Assembly (NCBI GenBank): GCA_044224875.1
Contig: JBGAJQ010000043.1
Location: 1 to 46,023 of the forward strand
Source of the DNA: Gemmatimonadaceae bacterium
GTDB taxonomy: Bacteria; Gemmatimonadota; Gemmatimonadetes; Gemmatimonadales; Gemmatimonadaceae
Direction: 5' to 3'
Length of the DNA stretch: 46,023 nucleotides
Shown: positions 8,653 to 18,522 of the stretch, piece by piece
Layout: each line of letters opens with the position of its first letter
How positions within the stretch are numbered: position 1 is the stretch's first letter
The notes under the pieces: model-generated
What the model was told of the DNA's origin: nothing
The model's database searches: none
Seen by the model: only the letters and a program-made list of their open reading frames with translations
Translations under genes and position numbers: made by a program

Positions 8653-10404
8653 CTAACGTGCCATGGTGGCGCCTACGCTCAGGCCAACCCGGTTGCCAGC
8701 TCGAACACGAAGTTGGTGGAAGGGAGATTGACCGAGGCGGTTCCCGAGCGCGGCCTCCAGCCGCAACCACGGCAGGGCGCGCCACGCCGCTCCTCCTTCC
8801 CACGCCGGCACATGACGTCGGCGGTCGCCGTCGAGTGCGTTTCCTTCCGGCGATAGCGCGGCCCCAAGATCCATTCGCACATCGAACTTCCCGGAGACTG
8901 GGAGTCCCCCGCTGAGGAGAACGCCGCCGACTTGAACTCCTCGTCGCTGCGCGGTGGTGATCAAGGGGATGAGTGACCACACGCTCCCTCCGTCATTCTC
9001 CCGTACCAGCGCGGCTCCTCCCGTTATGAGATAGAGCTCTCCGCGCGCATCATCTTCGCGACCGAATCGAATCGGGCGCTTCTCTTCACCCGCACGAACG
9101 AACGCGCCTTGATCGCCCTCAAGGAAGTTTCGGAACACGTTGTTGGTATGCGAAGCCGCCACAATGACCAACACACGAGTTCGCGCCCCCTGCGACCGGC
9201 TGCGGTCGAACGCTGAGAGCGTGAGCGCACCGCCAAGCTCCGACTCGTCGTCCGTTCCATCGACGTGATCGCCGAACACGGAGACGCCGAGTCCGGATGT
9301 GATTGCAGTGCTGGCGACGACACTGGCCCCATCGACTCCCGCCCGTGCCATGAAGCTGGGAGCCACCAATGCTGGCACCCACGAGGCCGCGTACGCTTCT
9401 CGGCGAGGGGTCCAGTCCGGCGTGTGTGTGGGATCACGGGGAGCCGAAGCCAGGACCGCGTCGACGCCAGCCCCAACGGCGACGTACTCACGATCGGCGA
9501 CCATCGCCAGCGGGCCCGCTGAGCCTAACGAATTTGTGGCAAAGAGGCGAACAGTGGTGGCTGCGTTGGCTCGCCACTTTCCACCGAGCTCGAACACGGG
9601 GACGCGTGCCAACCGCCCAGATCCTCGACGAATGCTGTTGTTGCCGCTGACCGGAATAGACGTTTGGGCTTCGAGCGCGAACGACTGTGACAGCACCCAT
9701 GAAGACGCCAGGGTCGCGGCAAACACGTTGCCAAATGCTGTCGAGTCCGTTGGCAGTCGTCTCAGGTACATCGCGTTGTCATTTGGAAATCCAGCCCAGG
9801 ACATTCCGCCGCTCAGTGTCAGGGCGGGACCGCTGCGAATCCACCGAACCGAGGCTGACGGGACGGCCTCACTCCGGTTGCCTCGTTCAACCACGGACCC
9901 GTCGGATGGATCTACCAAGCTATACGACCGTCGCGCATGCGAGAGTGAAAGCGTTGCCTGCAAAGCACCGCCAATGCCATAAGGCGCCTGACGAGTGAGC
10001 GCGAAACCGCCTGTGAGCTCCTGCAGGAAGTTGCCACTCCCCGCGCTGTCACTGAGCGCCCGCTGCGCGAGAAAAGGCCCCTGACGCCCCGGGCCGGAGT
10101 TGTCCACTGACTGCATGTCGATTCGAATAGCGAGCGCTTGCCTGGGGCGCCACTGCAGTCCAATCGCTGGTTGGATCTTGAGACCGGGCACGACCCGGTT
10201 GGGGATCAGAAACTGCCGATTGGCGAGCACGAGTGTGAAAGCTGCTGAGTCCGCCGCATGACTACTCTGAGCGACCTTATCTGTTCGCTCCGCGTTAGGG
10301 GGCAATACAGCGTGTGACGTGTCTTGCGCCCACACTCGGCTGCTCGCCATCCATAAAGTGGCGACCACGGCCGTTTGCAGTTGAAAGCGATTTTCCCGAC
10401 GCAT
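8653..10404 (-). CDS. Exported, probable outer-membrane beta-barrel protein with internal duplication
   Basis: Signal peptide ending VWA-Q, many alternating amphipathic strands, and two similar C-terminal-type motifs. Confidence 0.6.
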   Translation of the reverse strand: MRRENRFQLQTAVVATLWMASSRVWAQDTSHAVLPPNAERTDKVAQSSHAADSAAFTLVLANRQFLIPNRVVPGLKIQPAIGLQWRPRQALAIRIDMQSVDNSGPGRQGPFLAQRALSDSAGSGNFLQELTGGFALTRQAPYGIGGALQATLSLSHARRSYSLVDPSDGSVVERGNRSEAVPSASVRWIRSGPALTLSGGMSWAGFPNDNAMYLRRLPTDSTAFGNVFAATLASSWVLSQSFALEAQTSIPVSGNNSIRRGSGRLARVPVFELGGKWRANAATTVRLFATNSLGSAGPLAMVADREYVAVGAGVDAVLASAPRDPTHTPDWTPRREAYAASWVPALVAPSFMARAGVDGASVVASTAITSGLGVSVFGDHVDGTDDESELGGALTLSAFDRSRSQGARTRVLVIVAASHTNNVFRNFLEGDQGAFVRAGEEKRPIRFGREDDARGELYLITGGAALVRENDGGSVWSLIPLITTAQRRGVQVGGVLLSGGLPVSGKFDVRMDLGAALSPEGNALDGDRRRHVPAWEGGAAWRALPWLRLEAALGNRLGQSPFHQLRVRAGNRVGLSVGATMAR

Positions 10405-10609
10405 GCCTTGGCTTGAGGGAGTTCGAACGTGCTCGGCCAGCCGGCTGAAACGGTCGCTGACGGTTCAGACACCTCTAGCCTGCTATCGCCCTACCACCTG
10501 CCGTCGGTGATTGAAGTCACCGCACCCGCGCAGCGTGCGCAGCCTTATAGACGTCACACATTCTAGTCCAACGAAGAGGTTGATTCACCGTGCGCCAGCC
10601 AAGCTCAAG

Positions 10610-13216
10610 ATGAACGTTCTGATCCATCGCAGCACGCTCGCGCTGGCAATCGTACTCGGCGTTTCGGCAACCGCAGCAGCACAACGTCCCGATCCGCAGC
10701 AAGCGCAACGACTACTCAACAGTCGACCCGATCTTGCTCGGCAGCTGCGTGATCGAATCCTCCAGAGTGGTATGACGGCAGACCAGGTGCGTGCCCGACT
10801 GCGCGCCGAGGGCTATCCGGACACGCTGCTCGATGCGTACTTGCCGGGCGATAGCTTGTCGACGGACACCATCCCGACGCGTAGTACCCTGAACGCGATT
10901 CGATCGCTCGGTATCGCGGACTCCGTCGACGTCGCGGACCTCGAGCGACAGCTCAACGAGAGACAAGCGGGACAGGCCGCCCCTGCGGAACGTAAGGACC
11001 TGGCGCGTGAATTCGAGCGACGGCCGAAGGTGGCGCCGTTTCGCGATCCGCTCGCGGCACCGCAAACACCGTTGCCAAAGACGCGCGCTGACTCGCTCAA
11101 GGCAGACTCACTCTTTGCGGACTCGATGCGAGCGGCCAATGAGGTGCGTGACCAGCCGACGGTATTCGGACTCGACCTGTTCCAGCGTCCCACCACGTTG
11201 TTCGAGGCTAACCTGGCGGGTCCGGTGGATGAGACCTACCGCCTGGGCCCCGGCGATCAGTTGGTGTTGATTCTGACGGGAGACGTAGAGCAGGCGCACA
11301 CGTTGGACGTGACGCGCGAAGGCACGATTGTCATTCCGCAGGTCGGGCAGATACCCGTGAACAACCTCACGCTGTCCGAGTTGATTGAGTTGCTCTATGC
11401 GCGACTGGGCCGCGTGTACTCCGGCGTGGTACGCGGCGCGAACGCGCGCACGAGGTTTTCCGTCAGCGTCGCAAAGCTCCGGAGTAATCAGGTGTTTGTC
11501 ACGGGGGACGTGACGCAGCCTGGCAGCTACCGTGTATCCAGTGCCGGGACAGCGCTGACGGCGCTTTATGCCGCCGGAGGTCCGACGGCCAACGGCAGTA
11601 TGCGCCGCATAACCGTACGTCGTGGTTCGCGCCCTGCCGACACGTTGGACGTCTACGACTACCTGCTCAAGGGCGAGGCGTCGCACGACAGCCGGTTGCA
11701 GGCCGGCGATATCGTCTTCGTGCCGGTGCACGGCCCTCGCGTCCAGCTGACGGGTGAAGTCGTACGCCCCGCCGTATACGAGCTGGTGGCCGGAGAAACG
11801 CTGGCGGACGCTGTGCGCATGGCCGGGGGTTTCTCGCCTAACGCAGCTCGGCGCCGCGTGCAGGTGGAGCGCATTACGCCACCCGCTCAGCGCACGGCCG
11901 GTGGCCGAGACCGTTACCTGTTGGATGTCACCGCCGGATCTAACGATGGGGAGGCACCGCCCGTCGCACTCGAAGCCGGCGACGTGATCCGCGTCTTCCG
12001 GATCGACGATCGCGTGCGCGATCGCATTCGCGTGGATGGCAACGTGTGGCTTCCCGGCGATCAGGCCTTCCGTGCCGGCATGACCTTGAGCGAAGCCCTC
12101 AAGCGTGCAGGCGGGACAAAGTCGGACACCTACCTAGGCCGCGTGCTCATCTCCCGATTGCTGCCCGACTCCACTCGATCGCAGTTGAGCGCAATCCTGA
12201 GTGATACGACTGGCGCCGTAGCGCAGGATGTCACCTTGCAGGAAGACGATGAAGTTCGGGTCTTCTCCATTACAGAGTTCCGCCCCGAGCGTTACGTGGC
12301 GATCAGTGGTGCGGTACGACACGGCGGACAGTTTCCGTACCGCTCCGGCATGACGATTCGAGACTTGGTGTTGCTGGCGGGAGGACTGGAGCAAAGCGCC
12401 TATCTGGAGTCCGCGGAGGTGGCGCGCCTTCCCACGGATCGAACAAACGGCGTGACTGCAGTCACCACGCGCGTGCCGCTGGATTCAAGCTACCTCTTTG
12501 AGCGAAGTCCCGACGGCAGATACCTTGGCCCACCAGGCCTTCCCGCACCGTCCGGGCCGACGCCCGACGTCACGCTACATCCGTACGACAATGTGCTGAT
12601 CCTGAATCAGCCCAACTGGCACCTGCAACGGTCCGTGACTCTCACCGGCGAGGTGAAGTTTCCCGGCACTTACACGCTCGTTCGCAAGAGCGAACGACTG
12701 ACGGACTTACTGGCGCGTGCGGGCGGATTGACCACTGAGAGCTACTCGGCGGGCATCGCGTACTACCGGAGGCGAGACGTCATCCGTCGCATCGGCATCG
12801 ACCTTCCCAAGGTGCTGAAGAGTCCCCAGTACCGAGACAATCTCCTGCTGGAGGACGGCGACTCCATTCATGTGCCGAGGTACAATCCAGTCGTCGCCGT
12901 CACCGGGTCCGTCAATGCCTCGGTGGCCGTGGCGTACCAGCCCGGTCGGAACATCGACTATTACGTGGCTCGCGCCGGCGGCGCGAGTCGGCTGGGCGAT
13001 GCCAAGCGTGCCTTCGTGACGCAGCCTAACGGCTCCGTGGAAAGCCGCACACGCCGTCTGTTGCTGTTCACATACCTTCCGGAGCCCAAGCCGGGGAGCA
13101 CGGTAGCCGTGCCGGCCAAGGATCCGAATGACCGGAAGGACTACGCGGCCATCGTCGGCTCGGTGGCCTCGGTGTTGGCGAGTCTGGTGGCGATTCTCGC
13201 CATCGCCAAGCGTTAG
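10610..13216 (+). CDS. Polysaccharide export OPX protein with multiple SLBB domains (Wza/KpsD-like)
   Basis: Signal peptide, Poly_export motif YRLGPGDQL...EGTIVIPQVGQI, repeated GxV..PG.Y/AGG SLBB units and a C-terminal hydrophobic helix. Start set at ATG 10610. Confidence 0.9.
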   Translation: MNVLIHRSTLALAIVLGVSATAAAQRPDPQQAQRLLNSRPDLARQLRDRILQSGMTADQVRARLRAEGYPDTLLDAYLPGDSLSTDTIPTRSTLNAIRSLGIADSVDVADLERQLNERQAGQAAPAERKDLAREFERRPKVAPFRDPLAAPQTPLPKTRADSLKADSLFADSMRAANEVRDQPTVFGLDLFQRPTTLFEANLAGPVDETYRLGPGDQLVLILTGDVEQAHTLDVTREGTIVIPQVGQIPVNNLTLSELIELLYARLGRVYSGVVRGANARTRFSVSVAKLRSNQVFVTGDVTQPGSYRVSSAGTALTALYAAGGPTANGSMRRITVRRGSRPADTLDVYDYLLKGEASHDSRLQAGDIVFVPVHGPRVQLTGEVVRPAVYELVAGETLADAVRMAGGFSPNAARRRVQVERITPPAQRTAGGRDRYLLDVTAGSNDGEAPPVALEAGDVIRVFRIDDRVRDRIRVDGNVWLPGDQAFRAGMTLSEALKRAGGTKSDTYLGRVLISRLLPDSTRSQLSAILSDTTGAVAQDVTLQEDDEVRVFSITEFRPERYVAISGAVRHGGQFPYRSGMTIRDLVLLAGGLEQSAYLESAEVARLPTDRTNGVTAVTTRVPLDSSYLFERSPDGRYLGPPGLPAPSGPTPDVTLHPYDNVLILNQPNWHLQRSVTLTGEVKFPGTYTLVRKSERLTDLLARAGGLTTESYSAGIAYYRRRDVIRRIGIDLPKVLKSPQYRDNLLLEDGDSIHVPRYNPVVAVTGSVNASVAVAYQPGRNIDYYVARAGGASRLGDAKRAFVTQPNGSVESRTRRLLLFTYLPEPKPGSTVAVPAKDPNDRKDYAAIVGSVASVLASLVAILAIAKR

Positions 13217-13225
13217 GTACGGCCA

Positions 13226-13269
13226 GCGCCTGACGTCGAGGAGCGCAGACGCGCCGTTCTGTCAGGCGC
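13226..13269. terminator. Possible hairpin between convergent genes
   Basis: 9-bp inverted repeat GCGCCTGAC...GTCAGGCGC with a 26-nt loop and no U-tract. Confidence 0.2.
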
Positions 13270-14179
13270 GCGCCACGATGTGCAACGATGTCGTGGCCAA
13301 GTCCTCGAGATCGTACGCGGCAAAGCTGGCGTGCGGTCGCTCGACGCCCTCAGCCAGTGCGGCGCGGGCTCGATCATCGATGCGGCGATGCACCTCGACC
13401 ACCCGATAGCCTGTCTCCGCAAACGAGCGCACATGGTCACCACCGCGAATACGGTTGTGATAGGCTAGTCCGCTTCCGCCAATCCATCGCCAGGAACGCT
13501 CAGAGAAGCGTAGGTGATGCGCGGTCGTGATCCGCTGGTCACGGTCCGCGAAGTGATCGCCCGGACAAATCCGCGCGACGTGCAGGCCGCCAACACGCAG
13601 CACCCGCCGGCTCTCCACGAGGATGCGGCGGATGATCGCCGGCGGGATGTGCTCGAAGACATCGGAGTGCACCACCAGGTCAAACGATGCAGGCGCATGA
13701 GGCAGGGCCGTGGCATCGCTCGGTGCGAGGTATTCGATGTCCAGCGACCGAAGTGCCACCGATAGGTCGGCATGGCTTGGTGCATCGCTCGCCAGCTGCG
13801 CCACGGTCGAAGCGCGACGGGCATCCACGTCGTCGGCCGTCGTCACGATCTCGAGCGCGGCCGTGGCCGCGGCTCGCAGTGTTTCGCCGTCCAGCCAAGG
13901 GTTGAGGTCCAACGTGGTGACCCGTTCGGCACCTCGAAGTGCAGCCACAATCGCGAGAACCGGATGCCACCCCGTGCCGATCTCCAGAATGCGGGCGCCA
14001 TAGGGCGAAATGCCGTTTCCCTCTGCCAAGGCCAGAACGCGTCCACGCTCCGGCCAATAGTCCGCCACGTCGATCGCCGCCAGACGGCCGCCACGCCGTT
14101 GCAGCCAGCGATAGAGCGTGGGTCCGCGGGGGACTCGCGAGAGCCCCTGTTTCAGGGCCGCCTCCAACTGCCACCGCAC
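13262..14179 (-). CDS. Class I SAM-dependent methyltransferase
   Basis: ILEIGTGW motif I, FDLVVHSDVFEHIP and RVLRVGG. Start set at GTG 14179, overlapping the upstream stop. Confidence 0.8.
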   Translation of the reverse strand: MRWQLEAALKQGLSRVPRGPTLYRWLQRRGGRLAAIDVADYWPERGRVLALAEGNGISPYGARILEIGTGWHPVLAIVAALRGAERVTTLDLNPWLDGETLRAAATAALEIVTTADDVDARRASTVAQLASDAPSHADLSVALRSLDIEYLAPSDATALPHAPASFDLVVHSDVFEHIPPAIIRRILVESRRVLRVGGLHVARICPGDHFADRDQRITTAHHLRFSERSWRWIGGSGLAYHNRIRGGDHVRSFAETGYRVVEVHRRIDDRARAALAEGVERPHASFAAYDLEDLATTSLHIVARA

Positions 14180-15279
14180 TACCGAGGACCCCCTCCAGTT
14201 GGCGTGCGGAGCAGCCTCCACGGCCGTCGGAGATCGGCGAGCGTCTCGCGCCCGAGTGTGGCGAGTTCGTCACCGCGATCGGCGCCCAGCCGTCGCTGGT
14301 TGCGCAACCCATCCACCGCCAAGGCAATGGCCGCGCCAACCACCGCGCCGAGTACCAACGAGAGTAGGAGCTTCAACAGTGTACTGCGAGAATCCGGATG
14401 TGCCGGCAGCTGTGGCTGCTCGAGCACGGTGATGACCGGCGTGTCGCGCACCTCTTCAATGCGAGCCTGCTCGAAGGCCTGCGACAGCGTCGTGTAGACC
14501 TCCTGGCGCGTGGAGACGTCGCGCAACAAGCGCTCATACTGGTTCATGAGCGTGGGTGCGTTTCGGTAGTCCCGGTTGCGTTCGAGGAACACCGTTGCAC
14601 GGTCCTCTGCCTGCCGCAACTCCGTCTGTACCTCGCGCAGTCGTTGTTCCGTAAACCGGCGCTCGGCCGCCGCCTGCGATTGCCGTTGTTCCAGGTTGAA
14701 CCGGTTGACTTCGCCCAACAGCGTATCCAAGACCGCCTTGGATAATTGGGCATCGCGGGAGGTCATCTGCAAGGAAATGACGCCCGTCTTTTGGGACACG
14801 GTGGCCACGAGGTCTGTTTGCAGCTGACGGATGGCTCGCTCTTCACGGATGGCCGGTGAGTCGCCCTCCACTCGCAAGGCGTCCATCAAGTTGGCTGGCG
14901 GAGCGTTTGGCACTGCATAGGTGGCACGGACCACCGGACGCATGATCGCGCGGGACTTGACCAGGTCCGAGTAGAACGAGGGCGACCGACCGGCATCGGC
15001 CACGGGGACCGCGATACCGAACTGCGCAGCGAGCCCGGACAGGGCCCCGCTCTGACCGCGCTGTTCGGCGATGAACGAGGCCTGCGACGTGTAGTGTCGA
15101 GGTTGAAGGAGTGTGACGGCTCCGGTGAGTAGCACCGTGAGGAGCGTGCAACCGGAAATCAGGCGCCGCCGGCGCAGGAGCGTCGCCAGCACGTCATAGA
15201 GCGGCGAAGGGTCGGGCTCTCGCGCCACGTGTGCGCCCGGCAACGGGGTGATTGTTTCGATGCCCTTCAATGACTGCAT
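14179..15279 (-). CDS. Wzz/GNVR-type polysaccharide co-polymerase (chain length determinant)
   Basis: N- and C-terminal TM helices, central coiled coil and VITVLEQPQLP motif. No kinase domain. ATG 15279 overlaps the upstream TGA. Confidence 0.85.
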   Translation of the reverse strand: MQSLKGIETITPLPGAHVAREPDPSPLYDVLATLLRRRRLISGCTLLTVLLTGAVTLLQPRHYTSQASFIAEQRGQSGALSGLAAQFGIAVPVADAGRSPSFYSDLVKSRAIMRPVVRATYAVPNAPPANLMDALRVEGDSPAIREERAIRQLQTDLVATVSQKTGVISLQMTSRDAQLSKAVLDTLLGEVNRFNLEQRQSQAAAERRFTEQRLREVQTELRQAEDRATVFLERNRDYRNAPTLMNQYERLLRDVSTRQEVYTTLSQAFEQARIEEVRDTPVITVLEQPQLPAHPDSRSTLLKLLLSLVLGAVVGAAIALAVDGLRNQRRLGADRGDELATLGRETLADLRRPWRLLRTPTGGGPR

Positions 15280-16604
15280 CACCGTGCAACCTCCTCCGCG
15301 GCCGGATGACCGACGACAGGGTGTTCGCGTGCGGCAGTGCCACGTGGCACACGTGGGTCTCCTCCCGCCAGTTGACACAAATGGCGAGCGAAGCGCGCGT
15401 AGATGTCATCAGCGCGGTACCGCTCCTCCAGCAGCGCGCGAGCGCGCCGACCCATGTCCTCACGGATTGATTGATGCTCCCACAGCCAGAGCAACTGCGC
15501 AGCGAGCGACCTTGCGTCGTGCGCCCGGTACAGTCGGCCGATGTTGTGCACCTCGATCATCTCCGCCAACTCGCCTTTCAGGGAGGAGACAATCGGCAAG
15601 CCGAACGCCATGTACTCGAATGGCTTGTTGGGGAGTGACTGCCGGGCGCGTTCGGCGTACGCCGCCAACCCAACGGACGAGCGACGCAACAAGGTCTCCG
15701 TAGCTCGCCGGTCCAGCCATCCGGTGAAGGTGATCGAGCGCAGGTCGCTGGCATGGCGGCGCAACGTTGAGTCCTTGTCTCCTTCGCCAGCCACAACAAT
15801 GCGGATCCGATGCCCAGACGTTGCGTCAAGGAGGCGCGCTGCCTCCACGACGGTCTCCAGGTCGTAGGACGCTCCGAACATGCCAACAAACGTCACCACC
15901 AGGTCGTTTGGCGAAAGGCGCAACCGGCGGTCGAGGGCGACCTGGTCGGCTTCGTCCATGGGGTGCTCCTGGGCCGCCACGGGGAAGCCGATTGGGAACA
16001 CGCCATCGTGTGAGCCGATCGGCTTGTGCGACAGGTTGCGTGCCCAACGCAGGTATTCGCTCGACACTGCCGTCAATGCGGACGCCGAACGAAAAATCCG
16101 CCGCGCTCGACGGAACTCACTGGTCAACGCAACCCGAGCCAGCGTACGCAGGCCGCGCGGCATCACCGCGACGTACACTTCGGGCCAGGGGTCGCGTACG
16201 TCGACGACGACCGGAACGCCCATCGCGCCGCCTACCGCGACGGCTTGTTCTGCCAGCTCCAACGACGGGACGCACGCGAGGATCACATCGGGTGCTGCAA
16301 GTGACCGCGCTGACGCCTTGAACGCCGACGCCATCGCTCGGTTGTGCCGAACACGACGAAGAGAAATGCTCTTTTCATACGGCGGCGCGTGCAACATGGT
16401 GATGCGATAGCCCGGCGCGACTTCAACCATGGTCGTTTGGTCAAACCGATTGCGTCGTTGCACGTGGTGAAACGTCGACGTGAACCAGTGCACCTCATGT
16501 CCGTCGGCAACCAGTTGGTCGGCCAGGAGTCCGCAGCGAAGTCGTCGACTCCCGGCATCGACGGTAGGCAGCGGTTCGTACGTCGCCACAATCCAGCACC
16601 GCAT
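15279..16604 (-). CDS. GT4 family glycosyltransferase
   Basis: VVVDVRDPWPE, FVGMFGASYDL and LPNKPFEYMAFGLPIV. Start at ATG 16604. Confidence 0.9.
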   Translation of the reverse strand: MRCWIVATYEPLPTVDAGSRRLRCGLLADQLVADGHEVHWFTSTFHHVQRRNRFDQTTMVEVAPGYRITMLHAPPYEKSISLRRVRHNRAMASAFKASARSLAAPDVILACVPSLELAEQAVAVGGAMGVPVVVDVRDPWPEVYVAVMPRGLRTLARVALTSEFRRARRIFRSASALTAVSSEYLRWARNLSHKPIGSHDGVFPIGFPVAAQEHPMDEADQVALDRRLRLSPNDLVVTFVGMFGASYDLETVVEAARLLDATSGHRIRIVVAGEGDKDSTLRRHASDLRSITFTGWLDRRATETLLRRSSVGLAAYAERARQSLPNKPFEYMAFGLPIVSSLKGELAEMIEVHNIGRLYRAHDARSLAAQLLWLWEHQSIREDMGRRARALLEERYRADDIYARFARHLCQLAGGDPRVPRGTAAREHPVVGHPAAEEVAR

Positions 16605-18520
16605 CAGCGCGCTCCCGCCACGGAAGGTTCCGCCGTCAATGGCGCCGGAACGGCCGGCGTTGGCGTTCGGTCGATGAAGCTTCGTAACCACTGCTCGATC
16701 GCCACCACACCGTACAGCTGAAGGGCCGTCTCTTCTGAACGCCCTTGCACCATGCTCGTGACCAGCCGTCGCAACGCGCGAGGATCGAACATGCCGCGTT
16801 GCTGCGTCGTGCTGCCAAGCAGCAGCTCCATCGCCTCTGGCGATGCGAGGAGTTGTACCTGACTGGGTCCGAAGCCGCGCTTCTTGCCGGCCCACACGTC
16901 CCGCGGCAGGATCTCGCGCGCCAGGCGGCGCAGCAACCACTTGTTGCGCCCTCGGCGCACAAGATACCTGTCCGCCGTCTGAAGACCGGCGGCGACCATG
17001 GGCCGATGCAGGAACGGCAACCGCACCTCCACCGAGTGCCGCATGCTCACCTTGTCCATGTTGACGAGGTTTTGTGCGCTCAGGTACGTATGCATGTCCA
17101 GGAGCATGAGTTGCTTCAGCAGCGAATGCTCACGCCAACGCTCCAGCATCGCGAGGACCGGTGCCACCGTGCGTGGCACTTGATCCGGTGAGAACCAGGC
17201 CTCGCATACGCGACGCTGCATCACCAAGGCCCATCCCACGGAGGACATGCTGAGGAGCGGGTGCGGCGTGGCGCCCGGCGTGACGCTGTCCGCCATGCGC
17301 CGCAGGGTGGGGCGACCGGTGGCCGCTGCTGCAAGCTGCAACAGCAGGCCCACGTGGAGCGCGCTGGCGACGGGACTGTACCTCGCCCACACATGGCGCC
17401 GATACCCCGCAAAGACCTCGTCGCCGCCATGACCCGTCAGCAGCACCTTTGTGCCTCGCTCGCGCGCCACCGCGCACACCCGATCGATCAATGCGTTGGA
17501 TGGATTCGCAATGGGCTCCTCGACCGTCTCGATCATTGCTGCAATGCTCGGTATCGCCTCCCCTTCAGCACGAATCTTCACGAACGGCAGCCCGAACCTC
17601 GCCGCGGTGCGCTCAGCCACCTCACGCTCGATCCGCCCGGCGTCCGTGGCCCGTCCCTCCGTAGCCTCCAAGCCAACGTTGTAAGCCGCGAATGCGCTGG
17701 CATTGCCATCGTTCGACAACGCCGACGCAATGAGGGACGAGTCGACACCTGAGCTGAGGAACAACCCCATCGGTACATCGGAGATCGACTGCCTGGCGAC
17801 GCTGCTGCGCAAGCCATGGTAGATCGCCGGAACGGGCAGCTCAAAGAGCTCGCGTTCATCCCAATACCGCTTCATGGTCACGCTGCCGTCAGGACGAACG
17901 CACAAAGCGTGGGCCGCCGGAAGCCGCATGATGCCCGCAAACGCCGTCTCGGGATCCAGGGAGTAGCCGAGCAGCAAGTGCTGCCGCAACGCGTTCACGT
18001 TCGATGCGCGTGGCGTTTCCGGATCGAGGAATAGCGCCTTGGTCTCTGACCCAAAAACCAGGCGACGTGCGTTCTGGTGGAAATAGAGTGGCTTGATGCC
18101 GAACGGATCACGTACGAGCCACAGTTCACTCGCCGCCGAGTCAAGCACGGCGAAGGCGAACATCCCCTCGAGCATGGGGAAACACGACGGCCCTTTTGCA
18201 CAAAACATGTTCAACAGAACTTCTGTATCCGAATGCCCACGCCAACGCAGGGAAGGAAGGAGTGAGCGCAGCGATTCCGTGTTGTACAGCTCCCCGTTGT
18301 AAACCAACGTCACCCGACCGTCCGTCGAGTGCATCGGCTGGTTCCCCGCCTCGGACAAGTCGACGATCGACAGCCGCGTATGCGCCAGGCCAACGGGGCC
18401 CTCAGACCAGATGCCGGCAGAGTCAGGACCTCGGTGGTGGAGTGAGCGCGCCTGCGCACCCAAGATCGCACCGCTTGGTGTGAGGCCATCGAAGCGCATA
18501 ACGCCGGCGATTCCGCACAT
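16604..18520 (-). CDS. asnB: AsnB-family glutamine-dependent amidotransferase (copy 1)
   Basis: MCGIAG with N-terminal Cys, HRGPD, NGELYN, RDPFGIKPLY, LSSGVDSS and GGDEVFAGY. True start is ATG 18520. Confidence 0.92.
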   Translation of the reverse strand: MCGIAGVMRFDGLTPSGAILGAQARSLHHRGPDSAGIWSEGPVGLAHTRLSIVDLSEAGNQPMHSTDGRVTLVYNGELYNTESLRSLLPSLRWRGHSDTEVLLNMFCAKGPSCFPMLEGMFAFAVLDSAASELWLVRDPFGIKPLYFHQNARRLVFGSETKALFLDPETPRASNVNALRQHLLLGYSLDPETAFAGIMRLPAAHALCVRPDGSVTMKRYWDERELFELPVPAIYHGLRSSVARQSISDVPMGLFLSSGVDSSLIASALSNDGNASAFAAYNVGLEATEGRATDAGRIEREVAERTAARFGLPFVKIRAEGEAIPSIAAMIETVEEPIANPSNALIDRVCAVARERGTKVLLTGHGGDEVFAGYRRHVWARYSPVASALHVGLLLQLAAAATGRPTLRRMADSVTPGATPHPLLSMSSVGWALVMQRRVCEAWFSPDQVPRTVAPVLAMLERWREHSLLKQLMLLDMHTYLSAQNLVNMDKVSMRHSVEVRLPFLHRPMVAAGLQTADRYLVRRGRNKWLLRRLAREILPRDVWAGKKRGFGPSQVQLLASPEAMELLLGSTTQQRGMFDPRALRRLVTSMVQGRSEETALQLYGVVAIEQWLRSFIDRTPTPAVPAPLTAEPSVAGAR

Positions 18521-18522
18521 GG

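Noticed and set aside
10486..10522. ops/JUMPStart-like GGTGGTAG (minus strand) and CGGTGA/TCACCG dyad upstream of the OPX gene
   Set aside because: The match is imperfect and short, and it points away from the polysaccharide export gene. It is likely chance.
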